Shown: piece after piece, positions 10,401 to 19,094 of the stretch
Layout: every line of letters begins with the position of its first letter
Numbering within the stretch: position 1 is the first letter of the stretch
Source: a virus
Taxonomy: Duplodnaviria > Caudoviricetes
Virus record (IMG/VR): IMGVR_UViG_3300033513_000034
Span: 1-37,027 of that record
DNA: 37,027 nucleotides
Strand: one strand, 5' to 3'
The notes under the pieces: model-generated
The model's input: the letters and a program-made list of their open reading frames with translations, nothing else
Told to the model about the DNA's origin: nothing
Database searches by the model: none
Program-made: the position numbers and the translations under genes

Positions 10401-13400
10401 CGGGACATATACATCAGACCCCAGCCACCTAGTACGTTGCGGGCCATGTGTCCCAGGGTAGCACCTGAGATACCGCCGCCCCGACCTTCCATCTCAAAAG
10501 CCTTGAGCCTACCTTCGGCTTTGGAGACTGCTTCCCCGGCTTCACCGTACTTGTAAAGCAAGTCTGTCATGGTCGCCCGAGGGACCTCTTCGATACCACC
10601 CCATTGGGCGATAGTTTCATCCAGGATTGCTTTAGCCGCTCTTTGCCTTGGCATCAGGTTCTTGGCGATATCCTGCTTAGTGAGCTCGACGTTATACTCA
10701 CGCTCAGCCTTGGCACGTTCTCCCACAGACTTGCTGGAGTCATTCATGGTCTGGGCAAGCTCTTTGATCCTGGCATTGAACTTGTCGATTGTTTCAACCG
10801 ACTCTTTGACCTCCTTCATACTCATCGTGCCTTCTTCGGCAGCTTTGGAAGGTCTCTCCAGACCCAGGGCAGCTTTGCCCTCCTGCAAAAGACGACCGGC
10901 CATGGCGGCCTGTCCCAGAGGTGTTCCCCCGGTGGTGATACCGGTTACGGTTGGGAGCAGGGTGGCATCCTCAGTCTTGTAGCCAGCATTGAGCATGCCC
11001 TCCATGGTATAGGCATCCCCCATCAGGTTGGAGAAACCGCGGATCATTTGGGGATTCCGGACGCTGAACATACGCAGGGCGGCTTGTCCCTGAAGTGTTC
11101 TAGCTCCCTGCATGATGGCTTGCTGCATATTTACTTGACCCTCACCAGTACCGATGCTGATGTTGGCACCGGTAGCCGTGAAGGCAGCTTGCAACCTGGC
11201 CTGGAAAGTCTCTATCTTGGGTTCATTGATCCCGGCTTGAGTGAGGACACTGAATTCCTGAAGTGCCCCCTTTACCTGGTCGGGTGAACCACCACCCCAA
11301 ATAGCTCGCATGGTGGCACCCTCAAAACCACTCTTGATACCGCTTGCGATCATGCCAGATAAGCCTTTCATCCATTCCGGCATGCCCTCATCGTCGCCCG
11401 CGGCGGCTACTGTGCCTTCCCCACCAATGTCCCCACCCTTGCCACCACCTGTGGTTTGACCGGCCTTGCCACCCCGGATGTAAGTTCCCGTTTTGGGAGC
11501 GCGGTGGGCGGCCTTGGGATGTAAGATCCCGCCTACCAGATCCTTGATATCCTCGCCCTTGGCACCGGCATAGGTCTGAAGAGTAGGTAGGTTAGTTTTG
11601 ATGGCGGCTGGCTTCTCCATTTCGGATACCTGCCCCAAAGCACCAACCAGCATGGTTGACATCGTTTCCAGATCGACTGGAGCTGTGGCTTCTCGGCCAC
11701 CAGGTCCACCTACAATACCGAAGGCTTCGGGAGATTGACCGGTGGCTTCGAACCATCCAGCTGCTACCTTGCGAGCTTCGACTTCCCCCTCGTCCCTGAG
11801 GCCACGAAACTGCTTACTTTCTCTGATCCAGGGTTTCATGGTTTGATAGAATAACTCACCCTGTTCTTGAGTAGTCTTACCCATTTCAAGTGCCCGTTCT
11901 CGGGCGCCGTATAGGATACCAAGGTAAGCGGCTGGTTCCAGACCAATGCCGGGGGTCTGGGCTAACTGTGCCACATCTGCGTTTACATCGGTGGTGTACT
12001 TGGCCTCGATGGCAGTGAGTTTGCCACCCACCACATTCATGATATCCGGCTTGCCGCTGATCATTCTTCTAGGACTGGCTCTGGCTACGTCTTCAGCCGT
12101 AACTGCACCTGGCGCGATGGCCTGCAGACCGCGCAAAAAATAGGATTCAGGGATACGCACAGTTCCCTGTGGTCCACCAGGTCCAATCTGTGAAGCCACC
12201 AATGGTTCGCCAGCATAACGGGCAGAGAGAGTTTCCTCAAACTTCCCGCCAGCTTCCGTGGCAGCAGTTTTAGCAGAGCTGAAGATCTTCTGGTATTGCT
12301 CTGTTGGCATACCGATAATACGGGCTAGAACCTCCATGGGGGCACGAGCATTGATCTGGCTCTGAATAGTTTGGGAATAAGGGGAGGGGACACCCAGAAT
12401 ACCCTGGAACATAGAGGCTGAAATGCTGTACTCGCTTACCGGGTACTGTTGCCCACCAGCCACGGCTGTGCCTTCAGCAGTAGCTTCACCGGGAAATATC
12501 TTCTGTAACTGCCGGATAGCGGCCGGGATCTGGCCTTCACGACCGGCATATTTCTCGGCTACAGCCTGGTTGAGCATCGCCATCTCTTCTACAGTCGGGG
12601 TGGCGCTGCGCTGTTTCATACTTTGATAAAGCACACGTGCTGCTCCTACCGGACCACCTTGGGCCAGCTCACCAAAGGTCATCCCAAAGGGACCGGGAAT
12701 GGTCTCGGAGAATGGCCCCAGGTTGACCTCAGACCCACCTACCATACGAGCTTTGCCAAGTCCTTCCCCTCCGATCAGGGCATTGGTGACAGCCGCAGTC
12801 AGACCGGCCAGCCCCAAGGGACTTGACAGGGGATCAGCGCCTTTGGGGAACACATCCCGCAAAGCTACACCTACACCCTGTCCGGTTTTTTGGCGAGCGA
12901 CAATAGCTGCTTCCAGCTGGGTCATCTGCTCAGGGGTGGAGGTAGCTGGCGCGGCTAGGAAGGCTTTGGTGTGCGGGTCGAGATCGGCTTCGTTTAGGAC
13001 ACCGCCGATGAAGTTGCGGTACTCGTCCCAATAGTCATTGGCAACTGCTTCTCCCTGAGAGTAACGCTTCTGGCTATTCCATAAAGGAGTCCAGCGTTTG
13101 TCCTTGGCACTGCCTTTTGCCAGGAAGATCAGGTTGTTCGTGCCCTCTTCTATACCGAAAGTGGCTGTGGATAGGAAGGTCTCAATGCTGGATTTGCCGC
13201 CGCGTTTCTGGATCAGGCCAGTCATGACATCCAGATAAGGTTGGTATTCCTGTGCTAGCCCGCGTGTGCCAGCCACCGGGTTCTCCTGAGTGCCCAGAAC
13301 GGCCCCAGAAGCCCGTAGCATGCGCATGGCATTGAACATGGTCCCTTTCCCAAAGGAGGCCTGCATGGTCAGTGCAGACGTTTCCAGGGTCTCGGCGCGG

Positions 13401-16400
13401 GACTTGGCGCGGCCTTTGCTTGGATCAAAGGGGTCTTGACCACCCTCTTCCACCAGACTTTGATACATATTGCTGATGATGTTGTACTGCTCATGCTTCT
13501 CGCCAAATACAGACATCAATGAACGACTGATAGCAGTACCGGTATCGCCCATCTGCGGGATGAGTTTCTGAACGTGTTCCGGGATATGTAGACCCTTTTG
13601 TGGATCGGCAGTCACAATCCCCATGGCGATCATCTGGTCCAGGTCCCAATCACCTACCTGGGTAGCCGAGCGTAAACCAATGGCAAGAGGAGTACCAGTT
13701 GCCTCAGGATTACCAGGAATGATCTGGCCGGCATTGGTGACACGGGTTGCTTCAGCGTACTGTGCCCCGTATTTTCTGGCCGCCATCTTGGGAGTGATGA
13801 TACCCACGCCAGTGATACCGGCTTCACCTTCATAATAAGGTGAACGCATGAAAGCACCAGGCAGGTAGCCCCACTGTTCGATCTGTGCTTCGGCCTTGCC
13901 CCTCCAAGCTTGGAGTTCTTCACCCTGTAAACCAGTGGATTGTCCAAGCGCCCCCAGGATCTTCTGATATTGATCCTCCTGCATCAGCATCATACCGGGT
14001 GGGATGCCGGCCACGTTCTTGTAACGCCCCGACTCAGCGGCACGTGAGTACCAGCTGGAGACTTCTCCCAGGACGGTATGGGAGCTAGCAAGTTGACCGG
14101 CCAGGAGATCGTAACGGGCTGTTTGGCGGGATGGTCCAGCGCCACCAGCAAAAGAAGCCACGGCAGGTAGATAGGTGTGACCGATACCGGAAATGGCTTG
14201 AAAGGCTACATCGTCCTCTTTGGTTCCAGTGCGGCCCCACTTGATGATCTTCTCCATCGGTTCTGGTCCGAGCATGTAGCGTCCACCACGTTCCAGGATA
14301 TCAGCCCCACCAGCCGCCTCACGCGCCATTTCCCAACCACCAGCTCCCAGGGCAGCCGCGCGCTGGAGCTTGGTAGCCATTTCCTCATTCACGGTGCCGA
14401 TCTTCAGTCCTAGAGCCGCGGCGGCTTCTCCGATGGGGTAGGCTTTGCCATAGGTCTCCATCGAGCGGGTATAGCGTTCAGCGGTCAGCATGGCCTGCAT
14501 GGCAGGGATGTGGCCGGGGGTGTAGGATGGTAATCCTTCAAGCAGTCCAGGCACAGCAGTCTGAGCCAGCTCTAAGGCACTTGGGCCTAAACGGGCTTGC
14601 TTGGCCGGATATTCAGCAGCGCGTTGAGCAGCCTGAGGCGCGATGGTCCAGTTGCCAAACTCGCTGTAAACACCGGAAGTGGGGTCGTAGCCGATGTAGT
14701 CGTACCAGTTCTTACCTTTAGGTAAGTTGCCCTGCAGTGCACCACGCCGGATCTCGAATTCCTCCTGGGTCATGCGGGTAACTGGCATCCAGGTATTGGG
14801 CATACTGGCTACACCAAACTGGCGGTAGGTATCCTGTGGGTTCATCTGGTTCAGGGCACCGATGGTAAGCTCCATGGCTTTGTAGTAACCTGACTTGGGA
14901 TCCTCGCCAAAGAATGAGCCCACGATATTTGGGTTGAGTGCTACAGCCTCCGGGTTTTTAGCCCCTTGCCGGTTCTGGATGACATACTGCTCAGCCTGCG
15001 TGAAAGCACTGGCGGCTTGAGCATTTCCGGCTTGCTGGTAGAAACTGCCCACGGCCTGGAAGAGATTGGCTTGCTGGGTGGAAGTCAGCGAGCCCACCAC
15101 ACCGAAACCGAACTGCTGTAAGGGAACCTTGGTGATGTTGCCAGCCCCGCCCAGGGACACACGTGTGCCACCTCCACCCTCGCCGCGAATGACCGTTTCG
15201 AAGTCCATGGCTGAACTGTTGGCGAACTGTGCCACGAGGGTTTCACCACCCTTCAACCCAAGCGACTTAGGCTCAGCACCCACCGTGCTATAAGCGCCCA
15301 GGAACAGGTTTACATCGGCAGTCTGCCGGCCGAGCAGGTTGACACCCTGAAGATCCAGCGAGCCAAAGGTATTGGCGGCTGTGCGGAAACCAGGCCCACC
15401 AGTCAGGGAACCCGAACCCTCCCTGACATTGAAGAACTTGGGGGCGGTCATGGAGATCGAGGCGCCCTGCTCTAGATAGGCATCACGTTCAGGTGTGAAG
15501 GTCAAGGGGAACTGCTTACCGCCCTGGAGTGTGACCATGCCGATGGTGGCTGAGACACCGGCTGGATAAGCCCGGTTGCCAATATCGCCAGTCCTCTGCC
15601 AGGCATCGCCCTCGCCCCGTTGGAAGAGACCCGACTCAACCTTGGCATAAGCCCAATCGGCTACGTTGATCTGGGGTGCATCCAGCGTGACCTGCTGGCG
15701 AATGGTGTTGGCGATTACTTGCCCTTCCTGCCCGGCCTGGCTGACGTTCTGCTGGAAAACCCACTGAGAGCCGGATTTGCTTTCACCGCCGATCGCCATT
15801 CCCTGCCGTACCAGTGCTTCGATGGGAGTACCTTCGAAGGATAGGACGTTCAGGGTACGGAAACCCTGCTGGCCTGCTTCAGTGATTGGGTTATAAGCGG
15901 CCGGCTTGATTTCGCCGCCGCGCCCGAGCATAATCGGGGTGGTCATACGGGCAGTCTCTTCGGTCACGCGAGTACGCTTGGGATCGAAGAAACCGAGTGG
16001 GATCAGGGCTTCCCCTTGCTTGGGTTCAGGGACATAACCGCTGGTGACGCTCAGGATCAGTTGTTCCTGCGGCGAAAGTGGGGTAGTGCCCTGCCGCCGT
16101 TGCATTTCCAGGTCATTACCCAGACCGTACAGAAAACTCAGTGCGTCCGGTTTCTGGACACCCTTGCCGTAACGGATCGGGATGGCTTGACCCAGGAAGG
16201 CCGTAAAACCAGCCTCTTCCTGCACGTTGCTCATGAAACGCTTGCCAACCTGGCTACCTACCTCGGCTACCCGTAGGGTGCTCCAGATGTCATTAGGGGT
16301 AGTAGCGCCGCGGGACTTGAAAGGTGAAGTTCCCAGGGCCGTGGACACCCGATCCATAAATGAGGTCTCGGCTGTTCGAACCTGAACATCCTGTTCGCCG

Positions 16401-16660
16401 GTAAAAGCGATGGTGGGACCGTGGTGCCAAACATAATCGCCCTGTTTCGTCCCCTCCAGGAGCTCCTGTCCCATCTCAGTGGTTTGCCCGGCAGCCAGGT
16501 TCAAGACAAGCGCACGTGTGCCTTTGCGGAAGGTGACTTCCTGGAATCCACCCTCTTCGCGGCCGAATTCAAGCTCGATCCTGGCCTTCCTGCCGGTGAA
16601 CATTTTGGTGAGTGTTTCCCGCAGGTTGACGCCGGACGAATATGGCAGTCTGCTAGGCAT
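7421..16660 (-). CDS. 3079-aa tape measure polyprotein with N-terminal RNA polymerase-like region and PD-(D/E)xK nuclease-like domain
   Basis: Canonical position after tail tube and frameshifted chaperones. C-terminal AIGGVITSPRIVGEDGPEVAIP, hydrophobic Gly/Ala helices and Q-rich aromatic-periodic coiled coil indicate a tape measure. SGR(879), RSP(939) and DWDLD(1004-1008) are RNAP-like; PD(1538-39)...EAK(1552-54) is nuclease-like. Confidence 0.85.
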   Translation of the reverse strand: MPSRLPYSSGVNLRETLTKMFTGRKARIELEFGREEGGFQEVTFRKGTRALVLNLAAGQTTEMGQELLEGTKQGDYVWHHGPTIAFTGEQDVQVRTAETSFMDRVSTALGTSPFKSRGATTPNDIWSTLRVAEVGSQVGKRFMSNVQEEAGFTAFLGQAIPIRYGKGVQKPDALSFLYGLGNDLEMQRRQGTTPLSPQEQLILSVTSGYVPEPKQGEALIPLGFFDPKRTRVTEETARMTTPIMLGRGGEIKPAAYNPITEAGQQGFRTLNVLSFEGTPIEALVRQGMAIGGESKSGSQWVFQQNVSQAGQEGQVIANTIRQQVTLDAPQINVADWAYAKVESGLFQRGEGDAWQRTGDIGNRAYPAGVSATIGMVTLQGGKQFPLTFTPERDAYLEQGASISMTAPKFFNVREGSGSLTGGPGFRTAANTFGSLDLQGVNLLGRQTADVNLFLGAYSTVGAEPKSLGLKGGETLVAQFANSSAMDFETVIRGEGGGGTRVSLGGAGNITKVPLQQFGFGVVGSLTSTQQANLFQAVGSFYQQAGNAQAASAFTQAEQYVIQNRQGAKNPEAVALNPNIVGSFFGEDPKSGYYKAMELTIGALNQMNPQDTYRQFGVASMPNTWMPVTRMTQEEFEIRRGALQGNLPKGKNWYDYIGYDPTSGVYSEFGNWTIAPQAAQRAAEYPAKQARLGPSALELAQTAVPGLLEGLPSYTPGHIPAMQAMLTAERYTRSMETYGKAYPIGEAAAALGLKIGTVNEEMATKLQRAAALGAGGWEMAREAAGGADILERGGRYMLGPEPMEKIIKWGRTGTKEDDVAFQAISGIGHTYLPAVASFAGGAGPSRQTARYDLLAGQLASSHTVLGEVSSWYSRAAESGRYKNVAGIPPGMMLMQEDQYQKILGALGQSTGLQGEELQAWRGKAEAQIEQWGYLPGAFMRSPYYEGEAGITGVGIITPKMAARKYGAQYAEATRVTNAGQIIPGNPEATGTPLAIGLRSATQVGDWDLDQMIAMGIVTADPQKGLHIPEHVQKLIPQMGDTGTAISRSLMSVFGEKHEQYNIISNMYQSLVEEGGQDPFDPSKGRAKSRAETLETSALTMQASFGKGTMFNAMRMLRASGAVLGTQENPVAGTRGLAQEYQPYLDVMTGLIQKRGGKSSIETFLSTATFGIEEGTNNLIFLAKGSAKDKRWTPLWNSQKRYSQGEAVANDYWDEYRNFIGGVLNEADLDPHTKAFLAAPATSTPEQMTQLEAAIVARQKTGQGVGVALRDVFPKGADPLSSPLGLAGLTAAVTNALIGGEGLGKARMVGGSEVNLGPFSETIPGPFGMTFGELAQGGPVGAARVLYQSMKQRSATPTVEEMAMLNQAVAEKYAGREGQIPAAIRQLQKIFPGEATAEGTAVAGGQQYPVSEYSISASMFQGILGVPSPYSQTIQSQINARAPMEVLARIIGMPTEQYQKIFSSAKTAATEAGGKFEETLSARYAGEPLVASQIGPGGPQGTVRIPESYFLRGLQAIAPGAVTAEDVARASPRRMISGKPDIMNVVGGKLTAIEAKYTTDVNADVAQLAQTPGIGLEPAAYLGILYGARERALEMGKTTQEQGELFYQTMKPWIRESKQFRGLRDEGEVEARKVAAGWFEATGQSPEAFGIVGGPGGREATAPVDLETMSTMLVGALGQVSEMEKPAAIKTNLPTLQTYAGAKGEDIKDLVGGILHPKAAHRAPKTGTYIRGGKAGQTTGGGKGGDIGGEGTVAAAGDDEGMPEWMKGLSGMIASGIKSGFEGATMRAIWGGGSPDQVKGALQEFSVLTQAGINEPKIETFQARLQAAFTATGANISIGTGEGQVNMQQAIMQGARTLQGQAALRMFSVRNPQMIRGFSNLMGDAYTMEGMLNAGYKTEDATLLPTVTGITTGGTPLGQAAMAGRLLQEGKAALGLERPSKAAEEGTMSMKEVKESVETIDKFNARIKELAQTMNDSSKSVGERAKAEREYNVELTKQDIAKNLMPRQRAAKAILDETIAQWGGIEEVPRATMTDLLYKYGEAGEAVSKAEGRLKAFEMEGRGGGISGATLGHMARNVLGGWGLMYMSRLAQMPLGFMEYGQQQADQFLSQSAQGLLGYVPGAMPYESTANVVRQAQIAYGGGAGAAIQRLGANAPSVARDIGGVGAGAVAGSMMSLWLGSMLTAGTPAAIAMTGPVGIGIGAAAGVIGATGLMVAGTRMDPGTALTGAATDVYGDSKFAWNTMKVNLFGTTQEKVDMALLQNAITQQRTSGVPLTTSLRNRPDLITAGITGESVSGFYKQYGPDIAQQVSSMYAKAGVVPTQEQIQFSANMRTAGVNMENITGALAAAGQAILTPQLQGAMEQGLTKYVGEDIVRLSKIQTGAQFMAQLSPEMGLALRGKYWQEGAPFKPYEDIADIYRQTPVIAQMIATESAIGQKWQGMGINYNLNLDFTNPQAVSARQQLESWRTSVEAGGLQWGVGMGAAKATPKELTTAEARLALVGPASQLGYIPEQILGAPERGIPGIRREQIPQWRQALEYGNQALAISGSMDAARAVTRYNLMGPQYQQLYGQLISGNPIAWTNLAMQGQIPSTGGPGTGMPATAPVMFGDINLQGQQTGLPWGTTSYQWGNVPAQQVTANVWGAGAVGPGGGWAGSALSNNPILNAAVTGYTMSNGQVVGGSMGAQLAANKFSYQGQMASIGATLRGIALQEEYMPQFFALNTQQAQLGYEQQMYGFGYQRQTFDIQNQYQMWQFGQQQQQMNRTRQWTQQDWGYQSQMRGLQFQWSTEDYEENVRFMSGRERRLAERQRGRDVMSYNLETGQIDIQRARQQELWDIQQKQFDKAKAEYKTLHDLQSQYMTKQEEFYKKSFELQETERKLQYEYQMKQLQLSKDAAGAQAYFATKTYEANQKLLEMADQESIAAGNAKLLGNNMISVLDIITNFVRELYDITGGELPDASDPLTDRSNNPGAGWRWDAEKGRWVPIQGGSAIGGVITSPRIVGEDGPEVAIPITPTSIISGNTLQAITRGLSDPWAGEVIPRYAQTASKLGGNSVIKIYIGNELLGKYVIDTTSKEIRMF
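7509..7524. repeat. 16-bp palindrome CCTCCAAGCTTGGAGG (3' end of tape measure gene)
   Basis: Exact copy. Confidence 0.95.
13901..13916. repeat. palindrome variant CCTCCAAGCTTGGAGt (inside RNAP-like region)
   Basis: 15/16 match. Confidence 0.85.
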
Positions 16661-16943
16661 CGGATTTCTCCTTGATGGGTGGTCGCATGCTTATCTCGAC
16701 TTCGCGGATAACTGCGACTTCCATAAGCCAGATAAAGGGTTGATCTAAAAGACCACCACTGCACAGGTTTGTGTTGAGAGCCTGACACTGCTGCCAGTAA
16801 ATCAATGCTTCGGGTTTATCGATCTGTTTTGGAGTTGATGTCTGGCCGATCTCGGCCATCATCGCAATCTCATTCAGGGTTCCATAGTAGTTGTAGAGTG
16901 CTTCTCGGAGTTCGTCTAGTTTCTCCCCCACTAGCCTTCCCCC
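16653..16943 (-). CDS. C-terminal (-1 frame) extension of the tail assembly chaperone (lambda gpT-like)
   Basis: Open -1 frame after the slippery site, ending in an overlap with the tape measure start; GGLLDQPFIW motif. Confidence 0.7.
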   Translation of the reverse strand, partial: GGRLVGEKLDELREALYNYYGTLNEIAMMAEIGQTSTPKQIDKPEALIYWQQCQALNTNLCSGGLLDQPFIWLMEVAVIREVEISMRPPIKEKSDA

Positions 16944-17377
16944 GATAAGCCCCTCCACACAGGATTGACCTCCAAAACTTTAGCATGGATTTCGTCAGCA
17001 ATATCGCCTGGTAACGCTCCCCAGGCTTTGTCAAACTCACTGCGTTTCATCGCCAGGACCGGTTCATTGTCCTCTTGCTTGGATGGGAAGAGCACACTTC
17101 CATCCACATTTAGCAAGTTGCACTCACATAACGTGAGCCATACTTCCAGCTGCATCAGGGCTTGCAACCCGATATTGGTCACTAGAGCGACCTTATCAGG
17201 TTCGGCAGAATCCCACTCCCGACGCATGGTGTCGAAGTATGCCTGGCGCTCGATGTCCTGTTTCTTGCGCGCCTGCCGAACGGTGACAGTGGTTGGATCA
17301 CCATCGTTGCTGTACTTTTTGTCAGTTGCTTCAAGTGTGAATGTCTTTATCAATGGTGCTATGAGTTTTACGGGCAT
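16931..17377 (-). CDS. tail assembly chaperone (lambda gpG-like)
   Basis: Between tail tube and tape measure, 148 aa, slippery heptamer just before the stop. Confidence 0.75.
   Translation of the reverse strand: MPVKLIAPLIKTFTLEATDKKYSNDGDPTTVTVRQARKKQDIERQAYFDTMRREWDSAEPDKVALVTNIGLQALMQLEVWLTLCECNLLNVDGSVLFPSKQEDNEPVLAMKRSEFDKAWGALPGDIADEIHAKVLEVNPVWRGLSGEG
16937..16943 (-). promoter_or_regulatory. programmed -1 ribosomal frameshift site G GGG GAA
   Basis: Minus strand reads TCG GGG GAA GGC TAG; a -1 shift enters the ORF that runs to 16653. Confidence 0.75.
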
Positions 17378-17394
17378 CTACATTTTCCCCTTTC

Positions 17395-17420
17395 GGAGGC
17401 CTCCAAGCTTGGAGGCCTCC
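17395..17420. repeat. palindrome copy extended to a perfect 26-bp GGAGGCCTCCAAGCTTGGAGGCCTCC
   Basis: Intergenic between tail tube and chaperone; core at 17400-17415. Confidence 0.95.
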
Positions 17421-17435
17421 ATATCTGAAAAGGTT

Positions 17436-18512
17436 TTAGGTGGGCCACACGTAGCTGGTGTTGGTGTTGCCCAGGTTGACGGTATAGGCTGCACCGCTGG
17501 TAGGAGCGATGACCGTCCCGGTCAGTCTCATCATGACCGAACCGTTGCCTGCCAGCCGGATGCCACCATTCATCTGGTACATAACGTTATCCGAGCGAAC
17601 CCGAAGCTGCCAGGGCGTGGTCAGGATCGCCAGGCGGCTGGAAACGCACAGCACATCCAGGTTCGCCACGTAGGGCGCCATGGTCCAGGACATACCGCTG
17701 GTGGTGCCGGTCATCAGTTTCTTGTAGAGCTGAGGATCTTCCCACTTGATGATCAGATCCACTGCCAGCGAGCGGGCGATGATGGTGATGTCCTGAAGGT
17801 ACGGATCGCCGTAAACCCGTTCCTGGCGCATATCCAGTGGAGCATTGGCGAAGGTCAACGTGCCGGCTACGATCGGGAGATCAGATCCTGAGAAGGATGG
17901 GATCTGCATGTAACCAGTGGTGACGCACCCAATTGGGATCGACTGGTAATCTTCCCAGTTGGTATTGGTGTAGGTCCAGGCCGTGGGATCAGCATAGCTT
18001 GGCATGCAGCCCAGAACATCCACGCGGGAGGTGATCAGGCCATCGTTGGGCAGACCCAGGGTGAAACTGATGATCTTGGTGTCCCGGAAAACCTCACCCA
18101 TGGCCGAGGCCGTATTCGTGCCAGGGGTGTACTTGCGCCAGGTCATCCAGGGCAGGTAGGTTGAGTCGGAAGCAAAGGTGAAACCGTGATTGAAGAAACC
18201 AGTCACGGTTGTTCCGAGAACGTCCTGGTTGGCTGTGGTAGCCACGGCGCCTACCGCGCCGTACAGCAGCCATCCCAGGGTGTTTTGCAAACGAGGCAGA
18301 AGGGTCGCACCACCCGCAGCCACCACACCAGCCCGGTAAGGGATGGTCGGAACGGGCTGGCCGCCGACTTCTGGCGGGCCGAGCCGGTCATCCGAGATGG
18401 TGCTCAGATCGATGTCGGAAGCGCGGTGCTTGTAGAAAGTGGTGGAAGCGGCTGTTCCCTTGGCAGGTTGCGGCCCAAAAGAGAGAACACCATTCATTGC
18501 GGTGATAGCCAT
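17436..18512 (-). CDS. major tail (tube) protein
   Basis: 358 aa, Thr/Gly-rich beta protein upstream of the chaperones; ends VNLGNTNTSY; AAGGAG RBS. Confidence 0.75.
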   Translation of the reverse strand: MAITAMNGVLSFGPQPAKGTAASTTFYKHRASDIDLSTISDDRLGPPEVGGQPVPTIPYRAGVVAAGGATLLPRLQNTLGWLLYGAVGAVATTANQDVLGTTVTGFFNHGFTFASDSTYLPWMTWRKYTPGTNTASAMGEVFRDTKIISFTLGLPNDGLITSRVDVLGCMPSYADPTAWTYTNTNWEDYQSIPIGCVTTGYMQIPSFSGSDLPIVAGTLTFANAPLDMRQERVYGDPYLQDITIIARSLAVDLIIKWEDPQLYKKLMTGTTSGMSWTMAPYVANLDVLCVSSRLAILTTPWQLRVRSDNVMYQMNGGIRLAGNGSVMMRLTGTVIAPTSGAAYTVNLGNTNTSYVWPT

Positions 18513-18524
18513 ATGACAGCTCCT

Positions 18525-19094
18525 TTACGTGCGGACAGTCAAGACCCTCCAATGGATCTTGCCGCGGAATATGTACTTATCGGGACCACCGCTTTCAAAC
18601 AAGCTGACTGTCTCAATGTACAGCGGCGGCTCGCACACTTCTCCATATATATCTGCTATTCCGTCCAATGGGGTATGCTCAAGAGCGTACAGGAGCCTGC
18701 CTTGGAAGTTATATGCGTATTGATGTGCCAGTTCGTCTTTGAAGTTCTGACGAACAAAGAATGTATGGTACTGGATCGTCCCACGCCGCCACCAGGCGAA
18801 GTTCGGGCCACCCACCTCGGAAGGAGGCAGATCCCGGATAATCAGGTCATCGAAAGCGGGATTATCCACCCGGCCATCCACGTAGTTGGGTTCTTCGTGA
18901 TCGCCAGCATGGATATCCACTATGACGTTCTTATCCAGCGGGTTCTGCTGGAACTTCCCAATCCTCACCAGGTCAGCTTTTGTTGGATCAGCTGCATCGA
19001 CCTCGGTGATCAGTTTCAAGGTCAAATAGTCCCTGAGAGCCTGAAGGATCTGCGGGACAACCTGCATGGTGTAAGTGGGATCGAAGTCACTCAT
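18525..19094 (-). CDS. tail completion/terminator-like protein
   Basis: Gene order (between adaptor and tail tube) and size. Confidence 0.5.
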   Translation of the reverse strand: MSDFDPTYTMQVVPQILQALRDYLTLKLITEVDAADPTKADLVRIGKFQQNPLDKNVIVDIHAGDHEEPNYVDGRVDNPAFDDLIIRDLPPSEVGGPNFAWWRRGTIQYHTFFVRQNFKDELAHQYAYNFQGRLLYALEHTPLDGIADIYGEVCEPPLYIETVSLFESGGPDKYIFRGKIHWRVLTVRT

